Shown: positions 1-10,324 of the stretch, piece by piece
Position numbering within the stretch: the first letter of the stretch is position 1
Layout: every line of letters starts with the position of its first letter
Source of the DNA: Nannocystales bacterium
GTDB lineage: Bacteria > Myxococcota_A > Polyangia > Nannocystales > Nannocystaceae
Reading direction: 5' to 3'
Assembly (NCBI GenBank): GCA_050633305.1
Contig: JBOEGF010000010.1
Span: forward strand, 672,001-736,000
Length of the DNA stretch: 64,000 nucleotides
Made by a program: the position numbers and the translations under genes
Notes under the pieces: model-generated
The model's database searches: none
Told to the model about the DNA's origin: nothing
Seen by the model: only the letters and a program-made list of their open reading frames with translations

Positions 1-55
1 ACGGTCAACAGCGAGTGATCGACCAACGCGCAGGGCTCGGTTATCGTCCGCCGCG

Positions 56-910
56 ATGGACCTCTCTGCGATCGAAGGCCTCCACCCGACGTACGACTCC
101 GAGCGTCAGCTGCTGACCCTCGAACTCGACCACGGCAAGGCGAACGAGATGGGCACGGTCCAGCTCGAGGCCTTCGAAGCGTTGTGCGTTCTGCTCGAGG
201 AAGACGACTCGATTCGGACCCTGTGCACCACGTCGCGTCGGCTGAGCAAGAAGGGTCGACCGATCTTCATTGCAGGTGCCAACGTCACCGAGCGCACCGA
301 CTGGGATCCGGAGCGCGTCCGGGCACATGTCCTGCGGCAGCGAGCCTTGATGGTGCGGCTGCGGCATCTGCCCGTCTTCAATGTTGTCGTGCCCTCGGGC
401 GTGACGCTGGGTTGGGGTGCCGAGTACCTGCTGACCGCGGACTACACGGTGTCGACGGCAGCAGCGTCCTTCGCCCTCCCCGAAACAGGCCTGGGCATCC
501 TTCCAGGGGCGCGGGGGACGGCCGAGTTGGCGATGTTGGTGGGACCTGCGCATGCCGTTCGACTCGGTGTGACCGGGGAGTCGATCGATGCTGCAGAGGC
601 CGCCCGGATTGGACTCGTGCAGGAGGTCGTGGCCGACGTGGATGAAGGGCTTGCCCGAGCTCGCGCGCTGGCAGCGCTCGTTTCGAAGAAATCCCCGACG
701 GCGACGGCCGCGTACAAGACAGCGATGCTCGCCGGATTGGGACAACCCGAATCTGTCCGTCTAGAGGCCGAGCGGCAGGCGTACGAGCTGACTGTGAAGG
801 TTGGGGACGCGGCGACGGGGCGGGCTCACTTCAGCGCAATTCGAGAAGGCAAGGTCCCACCGTGGGCCGGTCGGGCTTCCTGGCGGTTCAAAAAGGACGG
901 CGAAGGGTAG
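56..910 (+). CDS. Enoyl-CoA hydratase/isomerase (crotonase) family protein
   Basis: Crotonase motifs FIAGAN, GWGAEY and FALPETGLGILPG; both catalytic Glu positions present; ends with AEAARIGLV-type helix. Confidence 0.9.
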   Translation: MDLSAIEGLHPTYDSERQLLTLELDHGKANEMGTVQLEAFEALCVLLEEDDSIRTLCTTSRRLSKKGRPIFIAGANVTERTDWDPERVRAHVLRQRALMVRLRHLPVFNVVVPSGVTLGWGAEYLLTADYTVSTAAASFALPETGLGILPGARGTAELAMLVGPAHAVRLGVTGESIDAAEAARIGLVQEVVADVDEGLARARALAALVSKKSPTATAAYKTAMLAGLGQPESVRLEAERQAYELTVKVGDAATGRAHFSAIREGKVPPWAGRASWRFKKDGEG

Positions 911-1083
911 GCTGCTTCGTTACCATGAACCCGATGTACACACGGTCAGGTCGATACGTGCGATGAAATCGGGTTGATTCGGCTTACACAAATTCTAGGA
1001 TGTATTCAGCTCACACCCCTTCGGGTTGTCCGGCTCCAGTGTTCTGCACTACAGTCCCTCGAAACTAAGACCCCTACAGCGCT

Positions 1084-4000
1084 ATGACCGCAAAACGCTC
1101 AACTGTGCCGGATTCCGGCGCTTCTCCCGATGTGGTGGCTCAGCCCGACCGCATCGCGGGGCGTTACGCGGTGAAGCGACTGCTGGGTCGCGGAGGCTTC
1201 GGTGCGGTTTATGAGGCGCACGACGAACTTGAAGATCGCGCGGTCGCGCTGAAGTTGATCCGCAGCGATCACGCGGAGCTGGCGGGGTTGCCGCTGGCGG
1301 ACAACTCGCGAATGGAGTCGCGGTCGCTTCGCCGTCCCAATGTGACACGGAGCTTCGGAACGCCTGGAACCGGCGGCGGCTCGGGTCTTGCCCAAGCATT
1401 CAAGGATGAGTTCCGGCTTCTGACGCAGCTCCATCATCCCAACCTCGCCGGCGTCTACGACTTTGGACGCTGCGCGGAGCAGGAGGGTTTCTACTTCACG
1501 CAAGAACTCGTCCGTGGTGTCGAACTCTCGGAGTTTCTCGCCCACGCGTCCCGAGAGGTCACGGCCGAGGTCTTCGTCCAGCTGGCCCGCGCGCTCGACT
1601 ACATTCACGCCCTCGGGCTGGTCCACGGCGACATCAAGCCATCCAACGTATTGGTCTGCGCTTCGCTCGACCCGACGGTGCCCCCGCAGGCCAAGCTCAT
1701 CGACTTCGGCCTCGCTCGGATGCTTCGAGATCCGTTACCGGCCGAGGAAACCGACGACGAGACCGCCGAGAGCGACGAGGACACGATCACCGTGCTGGGC
1801 ACACCGGGGTTCTCAGCCCCCGAAAAGGTCCGGGGCGAATCGGCCGATTCTCGCGCAGACATCTACTCGCTTGCGGCCACGATGTACTCGGCCATTCGCG
1901 GTTCACGACCGTTCCCGGGCAAGACGTTCCGTGAGGTCCTTCGTGTTCAACGCGATTGGCGACCGGAGTTGGCCGGCGCGCTGCTGCAGTCGGCCGGTCC
2001 CGTCGTCGCGGAGCTGGTCGGGCGCATGCTCCAGCCGGACCCGACGAACCGCCCTCAGAGCGCGCGTTCCATCCTGCTTGAGTTGCTGCGGCGCGAGGCA
2101 TCCCACCTTCGCAACCGACAGCAGAGTGAGGAGAGCCGCCGCGACTTCGCCCGGGTGCTCGTCTCGCACCTTCCTTTTGTGGATCGGGCCCGCTACCTCG
2201 ACCTGCTCATGGAAAAGGCCGCCGCTGTGGTCGGTGCCGAGCCCGAGCCCGAGTCGCTCGATCCTGCCGCTTCGTCGTCGAGTGAGCGCATGCGCGCCGG
2301 TCGGCTGCTTCGCACGGTCGTCGTCAAGGCTCCCGAGGGGATGGGCAAGGCGCGGCTCATGGCAGAGCTCCGTCGTGAGGTTCAGTTGGCCGATGGCCTC
2401 TTCGTCGAGGGCAGCTGTTGGAACTCGGGTCGCAATGCGCTCGGGCCGTTTGCCAGCGTCGTGGCTCAGCTTGCCACTGCGTTGGGCGACGACAGTCTCG
2501 TGGTCCGCTCATTCCCCGAGCTGGTGCACCTGGCGCGGCGAGACCGTGGCCACGAAGCCGCGGCCGCAGCGGTCACCGAATTCTTGATCTCTGCCGCCAA
2601 GGAGCGGCCCTACGTCTTGCTGCTGACGGCCGTCTCGAAGGCACCGGAGGACATCCGGCGTCAGTTCGATCAGCTCAGCCGGGCGATCGACCACTCGGCC
2701 GCGCCCATCTTGCTCTGCGTGACGACCGAGCCGCACACCAAGGTGACGCCGATTGTCAGCGGCCTCAGCCGCGACCAGTGCTCCGAGGTTTGGAACCTCC
2801 GTCCGTTCAGCGCGCGCGAGATGCAGAGCGTGCTGCAAGGTGTGCTCGGCGACACGCCCGTCATTCGGGACCTCGCCGACATGCTCGACAAGCTCACCGG
2901 GGGTCACCCGCTGAGCTTTCGCGAAACCCTCCGGGTTCTGATCGAGGAAGGGATCCTCGTCCGGGACACCGACAGTTGGACCTTGCGCGGCGCATCCGCG
3001 GCCGCCGACGAGCTGCACAAGACGCTGGCGCAGCGCTCCGAGTCCCGGCTGGATACGCTTGGAGTCTCGGGCTGGGAGATCGCGAGCATCTTGTATCTGC
3101 TCGAGACGCCGATCGAGGAATCGACGCTGGCAGAGCTCTCCGATCTCCGCAAAGAACGCTTCAACCGCACGCTCGAGCGGCTCGAGGGGGAGGGGCTCAT
3201 CGCTCGCAGTCCGGTCTCGGGCTCGAGCACCGTCAGCCTCGCTCACGAGTCGGTTCGTGAGGCGGTTCGGCTCCGCTACGAAGGCTCGCTCGACGAGACG
3301 CGCTTGGACCTGGCTGCGCGCATCGAGGAATTCGAGGTCGGCGATCCCATGCTGGTTTTCCTGCGCGCACGGCTGCTCGACGATGCGTCCGAGGCGATCG
3401 AGTCCGTCGATGCCTTGGAGAAAGCGGCCGACTCGCTGTTTGTTGCCAAGCGCCCCCAGCTGGCGGCGCAGGTGCTCGAGCGCATCATCGCTCGACTTCG
3501 TAAGTACGGTCGGACTGCGTCGCTCGATCGTTTGCTTGCGGCACAAGTGAAGCTGCTGGAGAGCGCTGCTGGGGCCCTCGAGGATCCGGGCAGAGAGGCA
3601 GCCCACTACGAAGCGGGAATCCTCGTCGCCGAGTTGCTCGGAGACGACCGCGCGCAGGCTTCGTTCTGGCTCGGACTCGCGGATCGGTACACGCAGACCG
3701 GGAACGCGGAAATGGATCTGACGCTCGAGCGGCTGGGCAAGGCCACCCAGGCTGCCAAGTCCGCACACGATCGACCTTTGGAGCTCCGTATCGCCAACCG
3801 CAAGGCTGAGGTCTTGTTGGGCGCCGGTGAGATCGACAAGGCCAGTCGGGCCAGCCGTCTCGCGATGGAGATCGTCGATCTCGAGGAAGCGAGTCCCGTG
3901 GACAAGTGCCAGGTCCTCGGCGTTCGGCTCCGATGCTTGTCGCTCTCAGGACAGCTCGGCGAAGCCCGAGCGCTGCACGAGATGGCGAAACCCATAGCCG

Positions 4001-4635
4001 CGGCATGCCCCGTGCTCCAACGTCAGAGCTACCTCTCTGGCATTGCGTTCCTCGCCGTGCTTGGCGGCGACCCTCAGCGCGCAATCCCGGAGACCGAGGA
4101 CGCCATCGGGGCGCTGCATGCCGCCAACCTTCCGCGCCTGCTGCTCACGCCGATGCACAACCTCGGTGACCTGCGGCTACGGGCCGGAGATCTCGAACTT
4201 GCCGAGGTGTCCTTCCGCGAAGCCATCCGGTTGGCCAGCGTGTACGGGTTCGACTACCACCTGCATCTCAACCGCGGATTCTTGGGCTACGTCTTGGCTC
4301 GGCGGGGTGATGCAGATCAAGGTGCTGAGTTGCTCGGGGAAGCGAAGGACGCAATGACCGTCATCGTGGGCGAGCACATCGCGCTCCAACAACTCCGCCT
4401 GCTCGATGCCGAGGTTGCCCACGTGATGGGGGACAGTGCGCGTGCTCGTCGCGAGCTCGAGGAGATGCTCGCGGACTTCCAGGCCGGAGAAGAGCTCAGC
4501 TTGGCGCATTGGGCCCAAGAGGCCCTCGCTCGCATTGAACGTGACCTCGGTACGGCGTTCATCGAAGCGCCGGCCGCGGAGGTCGACGACTCGGATCCCG
4601 AGCAAGACACCGTGCGGACGAAACCCGTTCGGTGA
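1084..4635 (+). CDS. Ser/Thr protein kinase fused to AAA/STAND-like ATPase region and TPR-like helical C-terminus
   Basis: GRGGFG, VALK, HGDIKPSN, DFG, GTPGFSAPE; then APEGMGKA (Walker A-like), GGHPL motif, winged-helix-like region and helical repeats. Confidence 0.88.
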   Translation: MTAKRSTVPDSGASPDVVAQPDRIAGRYAVKRLLGRGGFGAVYEAHDELEDRAVALKLIRSDHAELAGLPLADNSRMESRSLRRPNVTRSFGTPGTGGGSGLAQAFKDEFRLLTQLHHPNLAGVYDFGRCAEQEGFYFTQELVRGVELSEFLAHASREVTAEVFVQLARALDYIHALGLVHGDIKPSNVLVCASLDPTVPPQAKLIDFGLARMLRDPLPAEETDDETAESDEDTITVLGTPGFSAPEKVRGESADSRADIYSLAATMYSAIRGSRPFPGKTFREVLRVQRDWRPELAGALLQSAGPVVAELVGRMLQPDPTNRPQSARSILLELLRREASHLRNRQQSEESRRDFARVLVSHLPFVDRARYLDLLMEKAAAVVGAEPEPESLDPAASSSSERMRAGRLLRTVVVKAPEGMGKARLMAELRREVQLADGLFVEGSCWNSGRNALGPFASVVAQLATALGDDSLVVRSFPELVHLARRDRGHEAAAAAVTEFLISAAKERPYVLLLTAVSKAPEDIRRQFDQLSRAIDHSAAPILLCVTTEPHTKVTPIVSGLSRDQCSEVWNLRPFSAREMQSVLQGVLGDTPVIRDLADMLDKLTGGHPLSFRETLRVLIEEGILVRDTDSWTLRGASAAADELHKTLAQRSESRLDTLGVSGWEIASILYLLETPIEESTLAELSDLRKERFNRTLERLEGEGLIARSPVSGSSTVSLAHESVREAVRLRYEGSLDETRLDLAARIEEFEVGDPMLVFLRARLLDDASEAIESVDALEKAADSLFVAKRPQLAAQVLERIIARLRKYGRTASLDRLLAAQVKLLESAAGALEDPGREAAHYEAGILVAELLGDDRAQASFWLGLADRYTQTGNAEMDLTLERLGKATQAAKSAHDRPLELRIANRKAEVLLGAGEIDKASRASRLAMEIVDLEEASPVDKCQVLGVRLRCLSLSGQLGEARALHEMAKPIAAACPVLQRQSYLSGIAFLAVLGGDPQRAIPETEDAIGALHAANLPRLLLTPMHNLGDLRLRAGDLELAEVSFREAIRLASVYGFDYHLHLNRGFLGYVLARRGDADQGAELLGEAKDAMTVIVGEHIALQQLRLLDAEVAHVMGDSARARRELEEMLADFQAGEELSLAHWAQEALARIERDLGTAFIEAPAAEVDDSDPEQDTVRTKPVR

Positions 4636-4750
4636 GTCGGTTCTTTGCGCTTTCTGCGCCCGTTTCGTTCCATATCTGGGCCGTGGGAATGCAACTGAGG
4701 GCACCGTCCGTCTGCGCGGCGTGCTGCTATCCTGCGGCCGCTCCTAAGCG

Positions 4751-6772
4751 ATGAGCGACCCTCTCGAGACACTGCACGAGGACCTCCGGTCCTTGGTCGG
4801 CCAGACCGTGGCCGGACGCTATCGAGTCGAGGCCCTGATCGGGGTCGGCGGCATGGCGGCGGTCTTTCGCGCGCATCACGAAGGCTTGCATCGCGACCTC
4901 GCAGTCAAGGTCCTGCATCCCAACCTCAGCGCGAACACTGAGATGTCCGCGCGCTTCGAGCGTGAGGCCCGGTCCGCATCCCGACTCGACCATCCCAACT
5001 GTGTGCAGGTCACCGACTTCGGCTCCACCGACGACGGCATGATGTACATGGTCATGCAGTTGCTTGAGGGCGCGGAGCTCACCGGCATGCTGGGTAAGCC
5101 GATCGCCGCCCCGCGGTCCGTCGAGCTGATCCTCCAGATCCTTCGGGGCCTCGAACACGCTCACGCCAACGGTGTCGTGCACCGAGACGTTAAGCCGGAG
5201 AACGTCTTCGTCACGCAGGACCACGAGGGCGACGAAGTCCTCAAGCTTGTCGACTTCGGCATCGCCAAGCTCACCGACGCGACCACCGACACCCACAAGA
5301 CATCGGCGGGTCTGGTGTTTGGGACGCCTGCATACATGTCGCCCGAGCAGGCGATGGGTGTCGAGGCCGACTCTCGCGCAGATCTCTACTCGACCGGGAT
5401 CCTGTTCTACCAGATGCTGTCCGGGCGGTTGCCGATCGACAACGACGACCCCGTTGCGCTGGTGCGCATGCAGGTCGCCGTCGATCCCGACCCGCTGCCA
5501 GCCAGCGTCCCGCCCGTCATCGCTGGCGTTGCGCAGCGGCTGCTCGAGAAGGACCGCGACCGTCGCTTCCAGACGGCGACCGAAGTGATCGAGACGCTCG
5601 AGAGCATCGAGCTCATGCTCCTCGACGAGCACGTCAGTGACGTCGAGATCACGGTGCCGGGGAGCGAGGCAAGCGCGACAGGGGTCGAGATGCTCCCCCC
5701 CGCTGTGGTCGCTCCGACTCCTCCACCCAGCGCTCGTCCGCCGATGTGGAAGTGGGCGGCCGCGGCTGGCGTGCTCGTGTTGGTGATGGGTTCGGTCGCC
5801 CTCTTTCGCGGCGACGACGACGACTCCGCCGAAGTCACCGAGACCCGCACGGCCGTCTCCGCCGACAGCCGTGGTCCGGCGAGGCCGATCGAGGACGACG
5901 GCAGGGGCCCGTCCGCTGAGGTTCTCGACGAGGTCGACATCTTGTTGTCCGCCAAGAGCCAGAAAAAAGCCCGGGAAGCCGAGGCCCTGCTCACGCCGCT
6001 GCGCGAAGAGTTCCCGAACGACGCCACGCTGCTTTGGCGGCAGGGCAGGGCGCTGGCGCTGCAGACTCGCAAGAGCGCGAGGGCGCTGGAAGTCTACGGC
6101 GAAGCGGTTGAGGCCGACCCTGAACTGCTCGAGGACCGGCTCTTCTATGCTCAGCTCCACGACCTTCTGCGCAACGGGAAGATCCGTACCCAAGCGATCG
6201 CGTTCTCGCTGAAACACCACGGGGACTACGGCGACAACTTCTTGCTCGAGACCGTCAACGACGAGAAGGACCCGATCCAGTACGACGCGCGCCACGAGGT
6301 GCTCGACAACCTCACCGAGAATCCCGACAACGTGTCGTTGATCAACGAACGCCTCAACCGGGCGCTCGACGTGATGCAGGCGGCGGACGCGAGCGCTCCA
6401 TGCAAGTCCTACGCAGCGGCGTTGGACTCGGTGATGGAGGCTCCCGAGTATTACTTCTACAACCGGGTCGAGAAAGCCCGAGTTCCCGAAGCGCCAGCCG
6501 AGGTCGATCCGGGCAGCAAGGACGACCTCGAGCTTTGCGGACGCCTTCCCGCGCGGCGTGATGAGGTGCTCGCGGAGCTTGCGACGCACCACCCCGACGC
6601 GGGGGAGACCGACGGAGAGATCGAGATCTTGGATGACAGCCAGGAGGCGCCTCCGCCGGCGCCGGACCCTGCCTCGAAGCCCAAGGCGAAGAAGAAAAAG
6701 AAGAAGAGCAGCCCTGGCCCGGACTGCAATCGGTTCGGCGCCGCGCTCACCAAGAAGTGTCGCAACAAGTGA
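4751..6772 (+). CDS. Membrane-anchored Ser/Thr protein kinase
   Basis: GVGGMA, LAVK, HRDVKPEN, DFG, GTPAYMSPE; TM segment WAAAAGVLVLVMGSVALF; helical extracytoplasmic domain. Confidence 0.92.
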   Translation: MSDPLETLHEDLRSLVGQTVAGRYRVEALIGVGGMAAVFRAHHEGLHRDLAVKVLHPNLSANTEMSARFEREARSASRLDHPNCVQVTDFGSTDDGMMYMVMQLLEGAELTGMLGKPIAAPRSVELILQILRGLEHAHANGVVHRDVKPENVFVTQDHEGDEVLKLVDFGIAKLTDATTDTHKTSAGLVFGTPAYMSPEQAMGVEADSRADLYSTGILFYQMLSGRLPIDNDDPVALVRMQVAVDPDPLPASVPPVIAGVAQRLLEKDRDRRFQTATEVIETLESIELMLLDEHVSDVEITVPGSEASATGVEMLPPAVVAPTPPPSARPPMWKWAAAAGVLVLVMGSVALFRGDDDDSAEVTETRTAVSADSRGPARPIEDDGRGPSAEVLDEVDILLSAKSQKKAREAEALLTPLREEFPNDATLLWRQGRALALQTRKSARALEVYGEAVEADPELLEDRLFYAQLHDLLRNGKIRTQAIAFSLKHHGDYGDNFLLETVNDEKDPIQYDARHEVLDNLTENPDNVSLINERLNRALDVMQAADASAPCKSYAAALDSVMEAPEYYFYNRVEKARVPEAPAEVDPGSKDDLELCGRLPARRDEVLAELATHHPDAGETDGEIEILDDSQEAPPPAPDPASKPKAKKKKKKSSPGPDCNRFGAALTKKCRNK

Positions 6773-7365
6773 AACTGTTGCTGGCCTCCACATCTCGGTA
6801 TCGCAAGGCGCTCCTCGAACGCCTCGCGATCCCCTTCGACGTCGCCGCGCCGGACTTCGACGAGTCTGCGTACGAGGACCTCTTCTCGACTTCCACCGAT
6901 GACGTGTTTGCGCTGCATCTGGCCGAGGGCAAAGCGCGGAGTCTTGCGGCGGCGCACCCGGAACATCTCATCCTCGCTGCCGATCAGATCGCGACCCTCG
7001 AAACCCCGGACCGAGTTCTGCTGCACAAGCCGGGGTCGGTGGAGCGCGCCGTCGAACAGCTCATGACTCTGGCGGGTGTCACTCACACCCTGACGACCGG
7101 AGTTGTGGTCCTCGACCCCGCCTCGGGCCGGCTCGAAACGGCGGTGGATCGGCAACGCCTGACGATGCGCTCGTACTCGGAGTCCGAGGCGCGTCGGTAC
7201 GTGGAGGCGGCGAGGCCGCTGGACAGCGTCGGGGCATACCGCGTCGAAGATGCCGGTATCACCCTGTTCGAGGACATTCGCGCGGACGATGTGACGGGCA
7301 TCATCGGTTTGCCACTCCTCCACGTTTGCCGACTGCTCCGTCGGTTTGGGTTGCTCGCTTCCTGA
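6769..7365 (+). CDS. maf: Maf-family nucleoside triphosphate pyrophosphatase, YceF-like (m7GTP) subtype
   Basis: LLLASTSRYR, AADQ, KP, GAYRVE, IIGLPL; aromatic/Q/E at the subtype-diagnostic positions; GTG start overlaps the kinase stop (GTGA). Confidence 0.88.
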   Translation: MKLLLASTSRYRKALLERLAIPFDVAAPDFDESAYEDLFSTSTDDVFALHLAEGKARSLAAAHPEHLILAADQIATLETPDRVLLHKPGSVERAVEQLMTLAGVTHTLTTGVVVLDPASGRLETAVDRQRLTMRSYSESEARRYVEAARPLDSVGAYRVEDAGITLFEDIRADDVTGIIGLPLLHVCRLLRRFGLLAS

Positions 7366-7393
7366 GACAGTGCAGATCTGATATCCCAGAGCC

Positions 7394-8509
7394 ATGGTTG
7401 TGGGGATTCGGAACGGTCTGGTGTTGGTCGGTGCGCTCGCACTCTCGATGTCTGCATGTGACAGCGGGGGGTCGGATGATGAGGGGTCGGGCGCGGCCAG
7501 CGAGACGTCCGGCGAGGGGACGACCGGCCCGGACACCACCGCCCCGCCCACGGGCGAGACCGAGACCACAGATCCCGGCACCACGGCCGACCCCAGCGAC
7601 TCGACCACCGGAGATGAAACCACGGGCGCGGAAGGCTCCACCGGGGATGTCGCGGGGCTCGGTCAGAAGATCGAGCTGCGGGTCGACAACTTCAGCGTCC
7701 CGCCCGTCGAGACGTCCTACAACTGCTGGGACTTCAGCTTCTCGCTCGACCAACTCGGCCACATCACGGCGTTCGATGCGGTCATCGACAACGCCGCGCA
7801 TGTGCATCACTTCGTGGTGACGCTGACGACGAACCCGTCGGGCTCACCCGATGGCTACTCCTGCTTCGATCTCGAAGGCGACATGGTCTGGGCCTGGGCT
7901 CCCGGAGAGACGCGCTTTGAACTTCCGCCCGAGGCCGGGTATCTGATCGGCGATACGCCCGGCGGAAATGCCACGCTGCGTCTTCAGATTCACTACAACA
8001 ACCCCCTGGGCGTTTCGGGACAGACCGACAGCTCCGGGTTCGATTTCTACGTCTCCAACGACCTCCGTGAGAACAACGCGGGAACGTTGGTGTTCGGTGA
8101 CATCGACGGGATTGAGATCCCGCCCGGCGAGCCTGCCCATGAGCACGTGATGACCTGCCGCGGCGAGGTGACCGGGGCTCAGTTGCCCGAGCCGATCCAC
8201 GTGTTTGGCAGCTCGATGCATGCACACGATCTTGGCAGCGTCCTGTACAGCGAGCAGTATCGTGACGGCGAGATGGTGCGGGAGATCAACCGGGACGACC
8301 CGTTCGACTTCGAGAACCAGAACATGAAGCCGGTGGACTTCGACATCCTGCCGGGCGACGAGATCGTCAATCACTGCTTCTACGACTCGACCGAGCGCAA
8401 GAACACGACGTTCGGCGGTCCGGGCACCCAAGACGAGATGTGCTGGAACACCATCGCCTACTACCCGAAGATCCCTTCGGGCTTCGACTACTGCTCCAGC
8501 AACAACTAG
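7394..8509 (+). CDS. Copper type II ascorbate-dependent monooxygenase-like lipoprotein (PHM/DBH fold)
   Basis: Lipobox MSAC, S/T/G linker, then HVHHF, WAPG, QIHYNN, MHAH and DEMC copper-ligand motifs. Confidence 0.85.
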   Translation: MVVGIRNGLVLVGALALSMSACDSGGSDDEGSGAASETSGEGTTGPDTTAPPTGETETTDPGTTADPSDSTTGDETTGAEGSTGDVAGLGQKIELRVDNFSVPPVETSYNCWDFSFSLDQLGHITAFDAVIDNAAHVHHFVVTLTTNPSGSPDGYSCFDLEGDMVWAWAPGETRFELPPEAGYLIGDTPGGNATLRLQIHYNNPLGVSGQTDSSGFDFYVSNDLRENNAGTLVFGDIDGIEIPPGEPAHEHVMTCRGEVTGAQLPEPIHVFGSSMHAHDLGSVLYSEQYRDGEMVREINRDDPFDFENQNMKPVDFDILPGDEIVNHCFYDSTERKNTTFGGPGTQDEMCWNTIAYYPKIPSGFDYCSSNN

Positions 8510-8650
8510 TTCCACCCCAGGGGCGGCCGTTCCGTCGCGGAACACGCCGCGAGCCCACGCCCAGGGCTCGGCTCAGGTGCTGTGTGTCTCCTCGCTCCGC
8601 TGGAGAGGGTGGCTGCGCTGGCATGCGCCGCTGAGCTGCTAGGGTCGCGT

Positions 8651-10321
8651 ATGGCGTACACTCCGGTGCGAGCTCCGCGTGGGAACGAGCTTAGCTGTAA
8701 GGGATGGCCCCAAGAAGCCGCCCTTCGCATGTTGATGAACAACCTCGACCCCGAGGTTGCCGAGCGTCCAGAGGACCTCGTCGTCTACGGCGGTACGGGC
8801 AAAGCGGTTCGCACGTGGGAGGATTTTCACCGTATCGCAGCGTCGCTACGAGACCTGGAGTCCGATGAGACTCTGATCGTCCAGAGCGGCCGCGCGCAGG
8901 GGATCTTCAAGACCCACGAGGATGCGCCCAGGGTCTTGATCGCCAACTCGAACCTGGTCGGGAACTGGGCCAACTGGGATGAGTTTCACCGTCTCGAAGG
9001 CTTGGGGCTGACGATGTACGGCCAGATGACCGCGGGGAGCTGGATCTACATCGGCACCCAAGGAATCCTGCAAGGCACCTACGAAACCTTCATGGCGTGC
9101 GCGCGCACCCACTTCGGTGGCTCGCTCGAGGGCAAGTTCGTGCTCACCGGCGGCCTCGGTGGCATGGGAGGCGCCCAGCCGCTGGCTGCGTTGATGGCTG
9201 GCGCCGCGGTGCTCTGCGTCGAGGTCGACCCCGAGCGGATTGCGCGTCGGGTGGACCACGGCTACCTGATGAAATCGACCGAGGACTTGGACGAAGCGCT
9301 GCGCCTCATCGACGACGCGGTCGCGAAGAACGAAGCTGTCTCGGTCGGACTGCTTGGGAACTGCGCCGACGTGCTCCCCGAGCTCGTTCGTCGCGGGCGT
9401 GTTCCAGACGTGGTCACCGACCAGACCAGCGCCCACGACGAACTCCACGGCTACGTTCCCGACGGTCTCTCGCTTTCAGAGGCGGAGGCTCTGCGACGAG
9501 ACGACCCCAAGGCGTACGTGCAACGCAGCGTTGAGGCGATGGGCAAGCACGTCACCGCCATGCGTGACATGCAGAAAGCCGGCGCGATCGCGTTCGACTA
9601 CGGCAACAACATCCGCGCTCAAGCCGTCAAGGCGGGGGTCGAGGATGCGTTCGAGATCAAGGGCTTCATCCCCGAGTACATCCGGCCGCTGTTCTGTGAG
9701 GGCAAGGGGCCGTTCCGATGGGCCGCGCTCTCGGGCAATCCCGAGGACATCGCAGTCACCGATCGCGAGCTGCTCAAGCTGTTCCCCGAGAACAAGTCGT
9801 TGCGTCGTTGGACCGAACTCGCGCAGAAGCATGTGAAATTCCAAGGGCTGCCGTGTCGGATCTGCTGGCTCGGGTACGACGAACGAGACAAGGCCGGCTT
9901 GCTGTTCAACGACTTGGTCAAGAGTGGCAAGGTCGATGGCCCCATTGTCATCGGGCGCGACCACCTCGACTGCGGCTCGGTGGCATCGCCCAACCGAGAG
10001 ACCGAGTCGATGAAAGATGGGTCCGATGCGATCGCCGACTGGCCGATCCTCAACGCGCTCATCAACACCGCGGCCGGGGCGACCTGGGTCTCGTTTCACC
10101 ACGGCGGTGGTGTGGGGATGGGCTACTCGCTGCACGCGGGCATGGTCGTCGTTGCCGACGGCACGGAAGGGGCCGCGCGCAGGCTGTCCCGCGTCCTTCG
10201 GTGCGACCCGGGCATGGGCGTTGTCCGCCACGTCGATGCCGGCTACGACGACGCGGTCGCGTTTGCGAAGGAGCACGGCGTTCGTGTTCCTGGCCGGACC
10301 ATTCACGAGGACGTGGGCTGA
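8651..10321 (+). CDS. hutU: Urocanate hydratase
   Basis: [58 protein letters not shown] at 8651 gives the canonical N-terminus. Confidence 0.97.
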   Translation: MAYTPVRAPRGNELSCKGWPQEAALRMLMNNLDPEVAERPEDLVVYGGTGKAVRTWEDFHRIAASLRDLESDETLIVQSGRAQGIFKTHEDAPRVLIANSNLVGNWANWDEFHRLEGLGLTMYGQMTAGSWIYIGTQGILQGTYETFMACARTHFGGSLEGKFVLTGGLGGMGGAQPLAALMAGAAVLCVEVDPERIARRVDHGYLMKSTEDLDEALRLIDDAVAKNEAVSVGLLGNCADVLPELVRRGRVPDVVTDQTSAHDELHGYVPDGLSLSEAEALRRDDPKAYVQRSVEAMGKHVTAMRDMQKAGAIAFDYGNNIRAQAVKAGVEDAFEIKGFIPEYIRPLFCEGKGPFRWAALSGNPEDIAVTDRELLKLFPENKSLRRWTELAQKHVKFQGLPCRICWLGYDERDKAGLLFNDLVKSGKVDGPIVIGRDHLDCGSVASPNRETESMKDGSDAIADWPILNALINTAAGATWVSFHHGGGVGMGYSLHAGMVVVADGTEGAARRLSRVLRCDPGMGVVRHVDAGYDDAVAFAKEHGVRVPGRTIHEDVG

Positions 10322-10324
10322 GCG

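Noticed and set aside
911..1083. AT-richer gap with AACCCGAT/ATCGGGTT inverted repeat (928-975)
   Set aside because: Probably an ordinary promoter region; an 8-bp repeat with a 32-bp spacer is too weak to call
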